Of a stretch of DNA of 36,638 nucleotides, positions 16,931-25,846 are shown piece by piece. Within the stretch, counting starts at the first letter, position 1. Each line of letters starts with the position of its first letter. This stretch comes from a bacterium (GTDB lineage Bacteria; Patescibacteriota; Minisyncoccia; UBA6257; GWB1-50-10). The translations under genes were made by a program, and so were the position numbers. The notes under the pieces were generated by a model. That model was not told where the DNA came from, searched no databases, and was given only the letters and a program-made list of their open reading frames with translations. The stretch is from contig JAKAGX010000002.1 of NCBI GenBank assembly GCA_021825465.1, positions 1 through 36,638 of the forward strand, given 5' to 3'.

Positions 16931-17573
16931 GGTCTCGTAAAATAGGTTGTTTTAACGTTTGTTTCGGTAAAATGAGGTCCGGCACCATAAAGAGAAGGAT
17001 CGCTCCAGCAAATGCCGCAAGGGATCCCAAAATGAAGATGAAATCAAACCCCAAGAGGAGCGCAATGCCACCGCCAACGAATGCCATGACGGAAGAAATG
17101 ATGTCGATGCCGAAGTGGTCGAGCGTCCACTCGAGCGAGTAGTGATCTTTATCCAAATGCCTCGAAAAGATCGCCGGCCAGGAAGAAGAATACAGAGCGA
17201 ACGCAAGACCCTGTACCACCATGGAAGCGAGAAGCGCCGGAACGCTCCGGACGGCCAAAAAGATCAAACACACGAGGCCGCCGAGTAAAAGTCCGATGAG
17301 GAGGGCGTAAAAGTCATCCTTTTCCCCCTCATGCTTGTCCAAGTAGAACGAAATGGGCACTTCGGAGATCGCCTTCACCAAATAGTACAGCGCAGCAGCA
17401 GCTCCGACGGTAAATACGTTCGCCGCGCCGATCCGTTGCAATATGAAAACCGCAAAGATCGGAGAAATGAGCCCCCATCCTCCCCAAAACAAATAGTCGG
17501 AGAGGATGAAGAACCGCACTACTTTGTTCATCTTCATTTCGCCGAAGCTTATTTTAAAGCGAGGGAATTTCAT
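16905..17573 (-). CDS. Half-size (6-TM) MFS-like membrane protein
   Basis: 222 aa, about six hydrophobic helices, MFS-like pattern (PIFAVFI...PISFYLDK). Confidence 0.75.
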   Translation of the reverse strand: MKFPRFKISFGEMKMNKVVRFFILSDYLFWGGWGLISPIFAVFILQRIGAANVFTVGAAAALYYLVKAISEVPISFYLDKHEGEKDDFYALLIGLLLGGLVCLIFLAVRSVPALLASMVVQGLAFALYSSSWPAIFSRHLDKDHYSLEWTLDHFGIDIISSVMAFVGGGIALLLGFDFIFILGSLAAFAGAILLFMVPDLILPKQTLKQPILRDHAGPIIGE

Positions 17574-17591
17574 GGGTTCGATAGTTAGAGA

Positions 17592-20084
17592 CTAGCCTTT
17601 TGAAACTTGAAAATCAAATGCCCCGTTTTGGAACGTAATGGTAACCGTGTCGCCGTTGCCGAGGCTTCCATCGAGGATCTTGTTCGCTAAAACGCTTTTA
17701 ATGTCATCGGATATGACCTTCCGCAAGGGGCGCGCGCCGAAAACCGGATCGTACCCCCGCCTTCCAAGCTCACCCAATACCGCATCGTCGTATACGATAT
17801 CGATGCCCTTATCCTCCCCCAACGCCTCCTTCAATTCATTGACCGACAATCCGGCGATCTTCTTGATCTCGTCTTCCTTCAAGTCCCTGAAAACGACGAT
17901 ATCCGAGAACCGATTCAAGAGTTCGGGCCTGAAAAAATCGGACAGCTTTTGCTTCAATTCGCCTGCAATATCCTCGACCCGCTTTCCTTTTTCAATCTCC
18001 GATTTTATGAAGTCGGAGTTGGCATTCGACGTCGCGATAATGATGGTATTTTGGAAATCGACAGTCTTCCCCAAGCTGTCGGTCAGCCGCCCGTCGTCGA
18101 ATACTTGAAGGAAAAGGTTCAAAACGTCGGGGTGGGCCTTTTCAAACTCGTCGAGCAGCACCAAGGTATAAGGATTATCAGAAACGGCGTCGGTCAACGT
18201 TCCGGTCTTCGATCCGTCGGGAGTGCCGATCAGCCGGAAAATGCTCGTCTTGTCCTGATACTCGGACATATCGAAGCGCTGCATGGCCGTTTTTGAACCG
18301 AACTGCACTTCCGCAAGGATCTTCGAAAGTTCGGTCTTTCCAACGCCGGTCGGACCAACAAAAAGAAATGCGGCGATCGGTCCCCCCTTCCGAGAAAGCC
18401 CGCTCCGATACTCCCGAAGCGCCCGAGCAACCGCGGAAACTGCCGCGTCCTGATTGATGAGCTTTTTATGAATGACATCCTCGAGCCCCAAAAGCTTCGA
18501 GGCTTCGTCCGCCGTAACCCTTTGGATCGGAATTCGCGAAAGGTTTTCCGCAACCATATCCACGTCTTGAACAGAGATCGATTTCTTTTTGTTTTCGACC
18601 GCCTCGGCAAGCGTTTGCTTCAGGAGATCGACGGCGCTTCCCGGCAAAAGCTTTGCGTGAAAATACCGCTTCGCAAGATAGACGGATTCCTTAATGACGC
18701 TGAAGGGGACGAAAACGCGGTACTGCCGCTCGAGGAGAAGGCTTTGGTAGATCAAGAATTTGACGGCTTCTTCTTCACTGATCTCGTCGACCCGGACCAC
18801 CTCGAATTGTTCGAGAAAATCAGACCGCGGCTCGATGTATGTTTTGAATTCACGGGGATACGTTTCACCGATCACGGGAATGGCCGCGCTTTTTACGATC
18901 GGCAAAATAATATCGATCGCATTCACGGTTTCTTTCGACGTTCGGAAAAGGTCGTGCATATTAGGGACAAAGAGAACGATATTCCCCGCAAGAAGGATCT
19001 CCTCGGTGATGTCGTTCAAGCGAGCGGTCAAAACCTCCGGCGTAGCATTCCCCAAGAGATTGCCGATCTCGAGGGACACCAGCCGCTTGTCAAAGAGTTC
19101 TTCGGGAACTTCGTCTTTTATAATGGAAAACGCCAAATGATCGATAATGGTCGACTTTCCCGCCCCTGCTTCGCCGACCAAAATGGCGTTCGGCTTCCCG
19201 GGCCGCGCGATGACCTGAAGGAGCTCCTCATATTCTTTTTCGTGGCCAATGAGAAAACCGACGGCTTCGGAGCGCGCCAAGTCGGTAAGGTCCGTCGAAA
19301 ATTTGTCGAGCGTCGGCGTCGGCCGGGCCGTCCAAGCACGATTCATGGTCCGATGCCTCAAGAATCCCGGCTGGTGGGCAAAGCCGCCGATGATCTTCGG
19401 CATGAACCGCGGGGCGCCGAATATCTTCCGCCATTTGCCGAACACTACCGCGGATTCGACGTCCTCCTTTTTAATGCCTGATGCAATGAAAACCTTTTCA
19501 AGGTCGGCGTCGCCGACATCGAAGATGCCGGCAAACAGATTTCGAGGATAAATAAAAACATCGTTATGGCTGCGCGCATTTTCATATGCCCGGGACACCA
19601 AATCGCCCAAAACCGAAAGATAACTTTCTTTCGAAAACTTTCCCTTGCCATCAAAAGCGACGGCAGCTTTTTGGAGAAGGATCTCGGGTTTCACATCCAA
19701 GCGCTTCAAAATTTCACAGATATCGTCACGCTCAACGAGAAGTTCTAAAAGAACGAGATAAAAACTCACATTGGCCCCTTTCGATTTTCTGAATGCGGAG
19801 CTTAAAATGCGGTATGAGGATGGCGTCAGAGCGTCGCCGACGTTCCCTTTCCCGCGCCCGATCTCCACAAGGTTCCGCTCGCCGTCCCCAATGTGCATGG
19901 CTCGATCGGCAAGAAACAAAGCAAAAAGAATGCCGAGAGCGATAAGCCTCGCGTTCTGCGACAAGAGTAAAACCAGCGTCACGGCAACCACGACGACATA
20001 TGCCGAATAACCGAGGAGCCGCGCGAGAAAATCACCCGCTTGGCTCAAAAATATCCGTTTGCTTTTAAAATACAGATCAGACAT
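17592..20084 (-). CDS. ClpA/ClpB-family AAA+ ATPase with N-terminal TM helices
   Basis: Walker A motifs GEAGAGKS and GPTGVGKT, RFDMSEYQ, LLDEFEKAHPDV, DGRLTD, FRPELLNR, FGARPLR. Two hydrophobic helices at about aa 20-60. Confidence 0.9.
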   Translation of the reverse strand: MSDLYFKSKRIFLSQAGDFLARLLGYSAYVVVVAVTLVLLLSQNARLIALGILFALFLADRAMHIGDGERNLVEIGRGKGNVGDALTPSSYRILSSAFRKSKGANVSFYLVLLELLVERDDICEILKRLDVKPEILLQKAAVAFDGKGKFSKESYLSVLGDLVSRAYENARSHNDVFIYPRNLFAGIFDVGDADLEKVFIASGIKKEDVESAVVFGKWRKIFGAPRFMPKIIGGFAHQPGFLRHRTMNRAWTARPTPTLDKFSTDLTDLARSEAVGFLIGHEKEYEELLQVIARPGKPNAILVGEAGAGKSTIIDHLAFSIIKDEVPEELFDKRLVSLEIGNLLGNATPEVLTARLNDITEEILLAGNIVLFVPNMHDLFRTSKETVNAIDIILPIVKSAAIPVIGETYPREFKTYIEPRSDFLEQFEVVRVDEISEEEAVKFLIYQSLLLERQYRVFVPFSVIKESVYLAKRYFHAKLLPGSAVDLLKQTLAEAVENKKKSISVQDVDMVAENLSRIPIQRVTADEASKLLGLEDVIHKKLINQDAAVSAVARALREYRSGLSRKGGPIAAFLFVGPTGVGKTELSKILAEVQFGSKTAMQRFDMSEYQDKTSIFRLIGTPDGSKTGTLTDAVSDNPYTLVLLDEFEKAHPDVLNLFLQVFDDGRLTDSLGKTVDFQNTIIIATSNANSDFIKSEIEKGKRVEDIAGELKQKLSDFFRPELLNRFSDIVVFRDLKEDEIKKIAGLSVNELKEALGEDKGIDIVYDDAVLGELGRRGYDPVFGARPLRKVISDDIKSVLANKILDGSLGNGDTVTITFQNGAFDFQVSKG

Positions 20085-20424
20085 GGAATACGCCCAAAAA
20101 TACCGCGACCAGGACCGGCGGGATCAAAAGCCAAATAATGTACAAGGCAACGGCTGCAAAAAAGACGATCGCATAAAAGACTGAGGCGACCAAGATCCGC
20201 ACCGCCCTCAGAAAGAACCCCAGAACGTAACCGGCGAACGTGTAGTCCTTATAGAGCGGAGTAAAAAGATTTTTGAGGGTTATTTTCCATGCCAAGACCT
20301 TGTCGAAATCGTGCAGCCGATCGAGGACGTAATTGGAGTATAACTTCGCGCTTCGAACGTACCAATGCCTTAAAAAATCAACGATCCGCCACAGGAACTT
20401 CTGCACCACATACGCAAAAACCAT
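20077..20424 (-). CDS. Hypothetical membrane protein coupled to the Clp-like ATPase
   Basis: 115 aa, aromatic-rich N-half and hydrophobic C-half. Overlaps the ATPase start; TATAAT 9 nt upstream. Confidence 0.8.
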   Translation of the reverse strand: MVFAYVVQKFLWRIVDFLRHWYVRSAKLYSNYVLDRLHDFDKVLAWKITLKNLFTPLYKDYTFAGYVLGFFLRAVRILVASVFYAIVFFAAVALYIIWLLIPPVLVAVFLGVFHV

Positions 20425-20457
20425 ACACTATTTATTATAATGGCTAATTTCTAATTA

Positions 20458-20732
20458 GCGAACTCCGCTTTGCCGAACAAACCGTCTCGGAGGACGAGCG
20501 GCCATGGTGCCGTGCAGGATGCATCTTTTCGGAACCGGGCGTTCGCCATCTCCTGCGGATGGCGCCGCCCTGCGCTCTCGTGTCGCTGAATCTGCTTCGC
20601 AGATGCCAAGCTCAGCGACACTCCGAGAGCTTCCTGAAAGATGCATCCCGCACGGCGAGCGAGTCCGAGAGCGAGCGCAAATTTCTCGGTGGGAAATTTG
20701 ATAGCGTGTTTGAGAGGTAAAGCGGAGTTCGT
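20458..20732. other. 275-nt multi-branched palindromic element (MITE-like or structured RNA)
   Basis: Closing IR GCGAACTCCGCTTTGCC / GGTAAAGCGGAGTTCGT. Nested stems TCTCGGA/TCCGAGA, GCCGTGCAGGATGCATCTTT/AAAGATGCATCCCGCACGGC, TGTCGCTGA/TCAGCGACA, ATCTGC-TTCG hairpin, CAAATTTC/GAAATTTG. Confidence 0.75.
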
Positions 20733-20734
20733 GG

Positions 20735-21670
20735 TTATATATACCGCACCTCCTCTTCTAGCATAATGCCGAATTTCCTATATACCTTCTTCCTTAAAAT
20801 ATTTGCGAGCTTCCGCACGTCGGCGGCCTTCGCGCGCCCCTTATTGACGAAGAGGTTCCCGTGGAAAGAAGCGATCTCGATACCCCCAACGCGCATCCCC
20901 TTCGAACCGACCGACTCCAAAAGGTATCCGGCCGGTATTTTTCCATCGATGATTTTCGATCGGTCGATCCTTTCAAGGGATTTTCGCGGAACATCGGCGA
21001 CGAGGACATTCTTAAAGAAACTTCCGGGACATTTGATCCCCGGCTTGTACTTTTTCTCGCGTATCGCAATGATATGCCTCGAGATCCGTCTCAAGGCCGC
21101 CGCATTCCCCGCCTTGAATCCAAGCCGAATCCGCAAAACAAGCCACTGCCGTTCTTTAAAGACGCTTTGGCGATAAGCGAAGTTGCACTCGCGTTTCGAG
21201 ATCCACCGCTTTTTTTTACCGTCCCAAATTTCAACGGACTTGACGATCTCGGCGATGGAGTGGCCGTATGCACCGGCATTTCCGACGACCGCACCACCGA
21301 CCGTTCCCGGTATCCCCGAGAGCGTCTCGAGCCCCGAAAGTCCCCGGCCGATGGATTTTTTCACAACTTCGCCGAGAAGGACGCCGCCGTCCGCCACACA
21401 CTCTTTTCCTTGAAAAGAGATTTTCCCTCCAAAAAACCGCAAAACAAGCCCCTTCAACTTTCCATCGGGAAAGACAGTGTTGCTTCCCCCCGCAAATATC
21501 GTGAGGGGTATCTTATTTTTTTTCGCCCATTCTGCAATATCGACGAATTTCTCGGGCGTCTCGGCAATGGCAAGATACTCAGAAACTCCGCCGATCTTGA
21601 ACGTCGAAAGCGGAGCGAGTTTTGCGTCTTTTTTGATCTTAAATTGAGTGAAAGCCTCCGGCCGAGTCAT
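20735..21670 (-). CDS. murB: UDP-N-acetylmuramate dehydrogenase
   Basis: STFKIGG, GGSN, GLETLSGIPGTVGGAVVGNAGAYG, FAYRQS, GSFFKN, LEEEVRYI. Confidence 0.95.
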   Translation of the reverse strand: MTRPEAFTQFKIKKDAKLAPLSTFKIGGVSEYLAIAETPEKFVDIAEWAKKNKIPLTIFAGGSNTVFPDGKLKGLVLRFFGGKISFQGKECVADGGVLLGEVVKKSIGRGLSGLETLSGIPGTVGGAVVGNAGAYGHSIAEIVKSVEIWDGKKKRWISKRECNFAYRQSVFKERQWLVLRIRLGFKAGNAAALRRISRHIIAIREKKYKPGIKCPGSFFKNVLVADVPRKSLERIDRSKIIDGKIPAGYLLESVGSKGMRVGGIEIASFHGNLFVNKGRAKAADVRKLANILRKKVYRKFGIMLEEEVRYI

Positions 21671-21712
21671 CAAATTACCCTTCAGTATATGCTAAACTGA
21701 AGGTGTTCACAA

Positions 21713-23086
21713 ATGGAAGAAAAACTCATCGAGAGCATCTCCGGCGTTCGGGGCGTAGTCGGTAAAACACTCACCCCCGACGTCGTCGTGCGGTATGCCG
21801 AAGCTTTTGCGAGATTTTCGAAACGCGGGACGATCGTTATCGGACGCGACGGGAGATATCACGGCGCTTCCCTCTATGACATCCTCCGGGGAACACTCAT
21901 TGCAGGCGGCTGCCGAGTGGTTGACATCGGCGTCTGCCCGACGCCGACCGTGGAACTTGCCGTCCTGCACTCCCGCGCGGCGGGCGGCGCCATTGTGACC
22001 GCAAGTCACAATCCGCAAGAATGGAACGGCTTGAAGTTCCTCAATAAAGCCGGCGTTTTCCTGAATGCCGAGGAAAACAAAAGGCTTCTTGCGTGCGCCG
22101 CGGAAGGGCCGGCGTATCCCGGGTACCGGTCGGTTGGATCTCTCAACGACGGATCCTTCTTCGTCCGCGATCACATTGAGTGCATCCTCGCAATGAAAGC
22201 GATCGACGTGCCGTTGGTAAGAAGAAGAAAATTGAAGGTTGTCGTCGACGCCGTCAACGCTTCGGGCTCCCTCATTGTTCCGGAACTTCTCCGCGGACTC
22301 GGCTGCAAAGTCGTTGCCATGAATTGCGAGCCAACCGGCGTATTCCCCCGAAAACCGGAACCGCTCCCCGAAAACATCACCGCCGTCATGAAGCGAGTGC
22401 GGAAAGAAAAGGCGGACCTCGGCGTCGTCGTCGACCCGGATGCCGACCGGCTCGTCCTGGTAACGGAAAAAGGGGAACCCTTCAATGAGGAATACACCAT
22501 CGCTCAAGCCGTCGACCTTGTCTTCAAAAAAATACCGAAACAAAAACGGATCGCCGTCGTGAATCTCTCGACGACCCGGGCCGTTGATGAAATAGCGAAA
22601 CGGTGGAACGGCAGGGTTCTTCGATCGGCCGTCGGTGAAATCAACGTAGTACAAAAGATGAAAAAGGTGCATGCGACGATCGGCGGCGAAGGCAGCGGCG
22701 GCGTCATCCTCCCCGAGGTTCATTACGGACGCGACGCCTTGGTCGGCATTGCGCTTGCACTCGAAAACCTCGCCGAATTTGGCGGGACGCTCTCTGAATA
22801 CAAAAAAACGCTTCCATCGCTTGAGATCGTAAAAAAGAAAATCGGCATCGGAAAAAGAAAACCCGACGCCGTGATCGAAATGCTCAAAGACCGATTTTCA
22901 AAGTTCAAGATAAACACCGACGATGGATTGAAAGTCGATGCTCCGGACTACTGGATCCACGTCAGAAAATCGAATACGGAACCCGTGATGCGCATTATTG
23001 CAGAAGCGAGGACCAAACGAGAAGCCGAAATTCACATCGCCGAAATCGAGCACATCATGGAAAAACAACGAGGAGGGTTACGCTAG
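21713..23086 (+). CDS. Phosphohexomutase (phosphoglucosamine mutase / PMM-PGM family)
   Basis: TASHNP phosphoserine loop, DPDADR metal loop, GGEGSGG, RKSNTEP. Confidence 0.92.
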   Translation: MEEKLIESISGVRGVVGKTLTPDVVVRYAEAFARFSKRGTIVIGRDGRYHGASLYDILRGTLIAGGCRVVDIGVCPTPTVELAVLHSRAAGGAIVTASHNPQEWNGLKFLNKAGVFLNAEENKRLLACAAEGPAYPGYRSVGSLNDGSFFVRDHIECILAMKAIDVPLVRRRKLKVVVDAVNASGSLIVPELLRGLGCKVVAMNCEPTGVFPRKPEPLPENITAVMKRVRKEKADLGVVVDPDADRLVLVTEKGEPFNEEYTIAQAVDLVFKKIPKQKRIAVVNLSTTRAVDEIAKRWNGRVLRSAVGEINVVQKMKKVHATIGGEGSGGVILPEVHYGRDALVGIALALENLAEFGGTLSEYKKTLPSLEIVKKKIGIGKRKPDAVIEMLKDRFSKFKINTDDGLKVDAPDYWIHVRKSNTEPVMRIIAEARTKREAEIHIAEIEHIMEKQRGGLR

Positions 23087-23106
23087 CGCGCACCCTCCCG
23101 CTTTTT
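23072..23106 (+). terminator. Possible intrinsic terminator
   Basis: GGAGGGT...ACCCTCC then CGCTTTTT at a convergent junction. Confidence 0.5.
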
Positions 23107-23116
23107 GGGATCGGCT

Positions 23117-23317
23117 TCATTCTTCCAGATGGCCGACCGACCCACCTTCAAGCCGATCGAACTGGAAAAAAACCTCTTTTGCATCCGGATTATTCTTCTC
23201 CTTCACGCTGAACCCAAGGGGGTGGATCTCAAGGTCTATCTTATCCTCGAGGAAGCTTTTAATCACTGCGTCAAAGAGATACTCCTCTTCTCTTCTCGTC
23301 AACTTGTCGCGTTCCAT
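23117..23317 (-). CDS. Small acidic hypothetical protein (66 aa)
   Basis: GGAGG SD 5 nt before ATG and TGCTATAAT extended -10 upstream; fills an otherwise empty gap. Confidence 0.65.
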   Translation of the reverse strand: MERDKLTRREEEYLFDAVIKSFLEDKIDLEIHPLGFSVKEKNNPDAKEVFFQFDRLEGGSVGHLEE

Positions 23318-23364
23318 GATGCCTCCGATGTTTTATTGCCGGTAAGTTCTAATACTTATTATAG

Positions 23365-23497
23365 CAGTGCGCCCACGAGGAATTGAACGTCGCTTTGCTC
23401 CCTAACACCTTGCGGTTTTAGTATTTCCACCACGGGGAAACTCCCGTTTCCCCGACCCCCTTCCCGTTCAATTCAGTGCGCCCACGAGGAATTGAAC
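23365..23497 (-). repeat. 24-bp direct repeat of the tRNA-Arg 3' end around an 85-bp structured insert
   Basis: cagtgcgcccacgaggaattgaac at 23365-23388 and 23474-23497. The insert has CGGGGAAAC-GGGA-GTTTCCCCG and CTAAAACC-GCAA-GGTGTTAG hairpins on the minus strand. Confidence 0.88.
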
Positions 23498-23548
23498 CTC
23501 GATTTTATCCTTCGGAGGGATACGCTCTATCCGTTGAGCTATGGGCGC
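23477..23548 (-). tRNA. tRNA-Arg(CCG)
   Basis: GCGCCCA/TGGGCGC acceptor stem, GCTC-AACGGATA-GAGC D arm, TATCC-CTCCGAA-GGATA anticodon arm, CGAGGTTCAATTCCTCG T arm. Confidence 0.95.
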
Positions 23549-24872
23549 TCACACCCATGATGATACCGAGGGTTAACCAAAACATCAACTGGCCGGACTC
23601 CAAATCCCAAAAAAAGTGGTCCACCATCCCAAAAGCAAGCCACGAAACGCCGAGAACGAGCGGAAAGAAAAGATCTAAACCCTGCTCGCTCTTCCGCTCT
23701 TTCCAAAACTCTTTTGCTGCGGGCCAAAAAACACTCCACAGAAACCCGACAAACAAAGCGAGCCCAACGAGACCCGTTTCCGATGCAATAAGGAGATAGA
23801 GATTGTGCGCCGGCTGCCATTGCCAACTCGAATGCATGCCTTGGCCTTGATACAATCCCGCCGTAAGGCCGGCAAGAACTTCGTTGCCGACACCGACGCC
23901 GAAAATCGGATGCGATCGGATGAGATCGAACGCTATCAGTCCGTAATCGACCCGATATGTCACCGAGGGTTCGGTAAGAGAAACGCTGTCCCGCGCCGTG
24001 GCAAGCCCCCTGAAACCGAACGCGGAAAAGACGACGAAAAGGAGGAGGATGCCGATCAAAAAGAGCGACCGCCGCCTCAAAAAAGCCTCGGAAAGCCCGT
24101 AGACGATCGTCGTCCCAACGGCGAAAACAAAAACGGCAAGCCCCGACCGGGAAAAAGTAAGGAGGATTGCCGAAAGAATGAGAAAAAGAGCGGCGACGAT
24201 CCCGAGCCTTTTCAACGCATCCCGCTTCTCATCGCCAGTCCTCGAAAAAACAAAGAGGAGTGCGACAAATCCAAAAACCAAGAATCCCGCAAGAATGTTC
24301 GCATGCGGCATCGTGCCGTAGATCCGCAAAAAATCGCCGAAGGCGGTCGAGGCCCGCGCAACTCCTTCCGTCATGGGGCCGAGAACGGATTCGCCGAGAA
24401 TGCGAAGGCCCACGCTCGCTTGATCCCTGAATTGCAGAAGGCCGACGACGGCTTCGGCGACGGCGGAACACCCAAGAACCAAGAAAGTATTTTTCAAGTT
24501 TAAAAAACCGTCGCTCATCATGCGGGCAATGATAAGAGCGAAAAGAGCGAAAAGAGCGAGATGAAAAAACGCATAAACGGCCAAACCAAGACTCAAGGAG
24601 AAAAAGACGGAAACAAGGGCGGCAGCGAGGAACGACAGAAGCCACCACGCCCGCCGATCGAGCGATATTTTCCTCAAATTCAGGACGACAAAAAACAAAA
24701 CAATGATATCAAGGCCGTACAGGAAGAATGAACCGTAGGAAATCGGGATCTTGAACGGCTCGGGAAAGGAAGTGATAAACTTTTTGGTTCCGATTGGAAC
24801 CAAAAAAACCAAGAGATAAAACAGCAACTTGTTCAGCGAATTTTTCATTCGTTTTAAGAATACCAGATCCAT
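23505..24872 (-). CDS. O-antigen ligase (Wzy_C) family membrane protein
   Basis: Multi-TM. RIYGTMPHANILAGFL, LLTFSRSG, HPIFGVGVGN, PAHNLYLLIASETGLVGL. Confidence 0.88.
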   Translation of the reverse strand: MDLVFLKRMKNSLNKLLFYLLVFLVPIGTKKFITSFPEPFKIPISYGSFFLYGLDIIVLFFVVLNLRKISLDRRAWWLLSFLAAALVSVFFSLSLGLAVYAFFHLALFALFALIIARMMSDGFLNLKNTFLVLGCSAVAEAVVGLLQFRDQASVGLRILGESVLGPMTEGVARASTAFGDFLRIYGTMPHANILAGFLVFGFVALLFVFSRTGDEKRDALKRLGIVAALFLILSAILLTFSRSGLAVFVFAVGTTIVYGLSEAFLRRRSLFLIGILLLFVVFSAFGFRGLATARDSVSLTEPSVTYRVDYGLIAFDLIRSHPIFGVGVGNEVLAGLTAGLYQGQGMHSSWQWQPAHNLYLLIASETGLVGLALFVGFLWSVFWPAAKEFWKERKSEQGLDLFFPLVLGVSWLAFGMVDHFFWDLESGQLMFWLTLGIIMGVSAHSSTDRAYPSEG

Positions 24873-24877
24873 CGGCC

Positions 24878-25147
24878 TTACATCACGTACACCCGGTCAC
24901 CTTCTCGGACCTTGTCTTTTACCTTGATGCCTATTTCATCCCCCGGTCCGGCCTCGCGCACGGATTCATGCTCGATCTGGATGGATTGCACAACGTCGTC
25001 GAAATCGGTCGTCGCGCCGACGAATCGCACGGTATCGCCGACCTTGACCGGCTTTACGAGCTTCATGGCGGCAACGCCGACATGGCCAAAGTAATGCGTT
25101 ACGATACCGACCATGACGGCCTTTCCGGCATCTTGGGAATTTGGCAT
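24878..25147 (-). CDS. Small beta-barrel protein (translation elongation factor domain II-like)
   Basis: GIVTHYFGHVGVA...VKVGDTV...SIQIEHESVREAGPGDEIGIKV...VREGDRVY. Confidence 0.8.
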   Translation of the reverse strand: MPNSQDAGKAVMVGIVTHYFGHVGVAAMKLVKPVKVGDTVRFVGATTDFDDVVQSIQIEHESVREAGPGDEIGIKVKDKVREGDRVYVM

Positions 25148-25185
25148 AGCATTTTCGCCTTTCTTACCCGACCTTTCCCGATAAC

Positions 25186-25839
25186 TTAAAGAATTTTTCC
25201 GTGAATGCCGTCTCTCTTCTCTTCAATCTCAACCAACTTCATCACTTGATCCAAAAGTTTCGAGGGGTCGTTCGAAAAAACGACATTCGACGATCCGCGG
25301 TGGGCCTTTTCGAGGATTTCCCGGAGCATGTCGGCCGTTCCGCCGGTACCTTCCAAAACGCCGATCGGCTTATGATCTTCAAAGCCAATGGTAAATTCAT
25401 TCAGGGTCCCCATCCTGCCGCAAATGGTGATGATGGCATCGGCCGATCTCGTCAAGAGCAAATTCCGCCCCGAGTAATCAAAGCCGGTATAGACAATAAG
25501 GTCGTGATAATCGAGCGGTAAATGGTACGTCTTCACGTGGGCAAGCTTTGAAACCGCCGGCGAAAGTCCAATCACGATGCCGCCGGCTTCCTTCGCGCCT
25601 TTTGCCGCCCAGTACGGCATTCCCGTCGTTGCACCCGTCACGAGGATCAAATCGCGTTTCGCGATCTCCCGGCCGATGGCCTCGGCCTTCTCAAATGAAT
25701 CTTTCGAACAGTGTCCGGTTTCAGCGGCGCCGGAAACGCAAATTTTATATTTCAAATGATAGGTATGGTTGTGATTTTCGAATCTTCCCAATCCATCCTT
25801 TTTCCCTTGTTCTTTTTCCTTCGATTTTTTGATAGGCAT
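25186..25839 (-). CDS. LOG / TIGR00725-like Rossmann-fold nucleotide-binding protein
   Basis: VTGATTGMP, GAKEAGGIVIGLSP, RNLLLTRSAD, GTLNEF. Start reassigned to ATG 25839, 6 nt after TATAAT. Confidence 0.85.
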   Translation of the reverse strand: MPIKKSKEKEQGKKDGLGRFENHNHTYHLKYKICVSGAAETGHCSKDSFEKAEAIGREIAKRDLILVTGATTGMPYWAAKGAKEAGGIVIGLSPAVSKLAHVKTYHLPLDYHDLIVYTGFDYSGRNLLLTRSADAIITICGRMGTLNEFTIGFEDHKPIGVLEGTGGTADMLREILEKAHRGSSNVVFSNDPSKLLDQVMKLVEIEEKRDGIHGKIL

Positions 25840-25846
25840 ACTCGAA

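Noticed and set aside
23365..23497. CRISPR array or prophage attL/attR
   Set aside because: Only two repeat copies, derived from the tRNA; no cas or integrase gene in the window.
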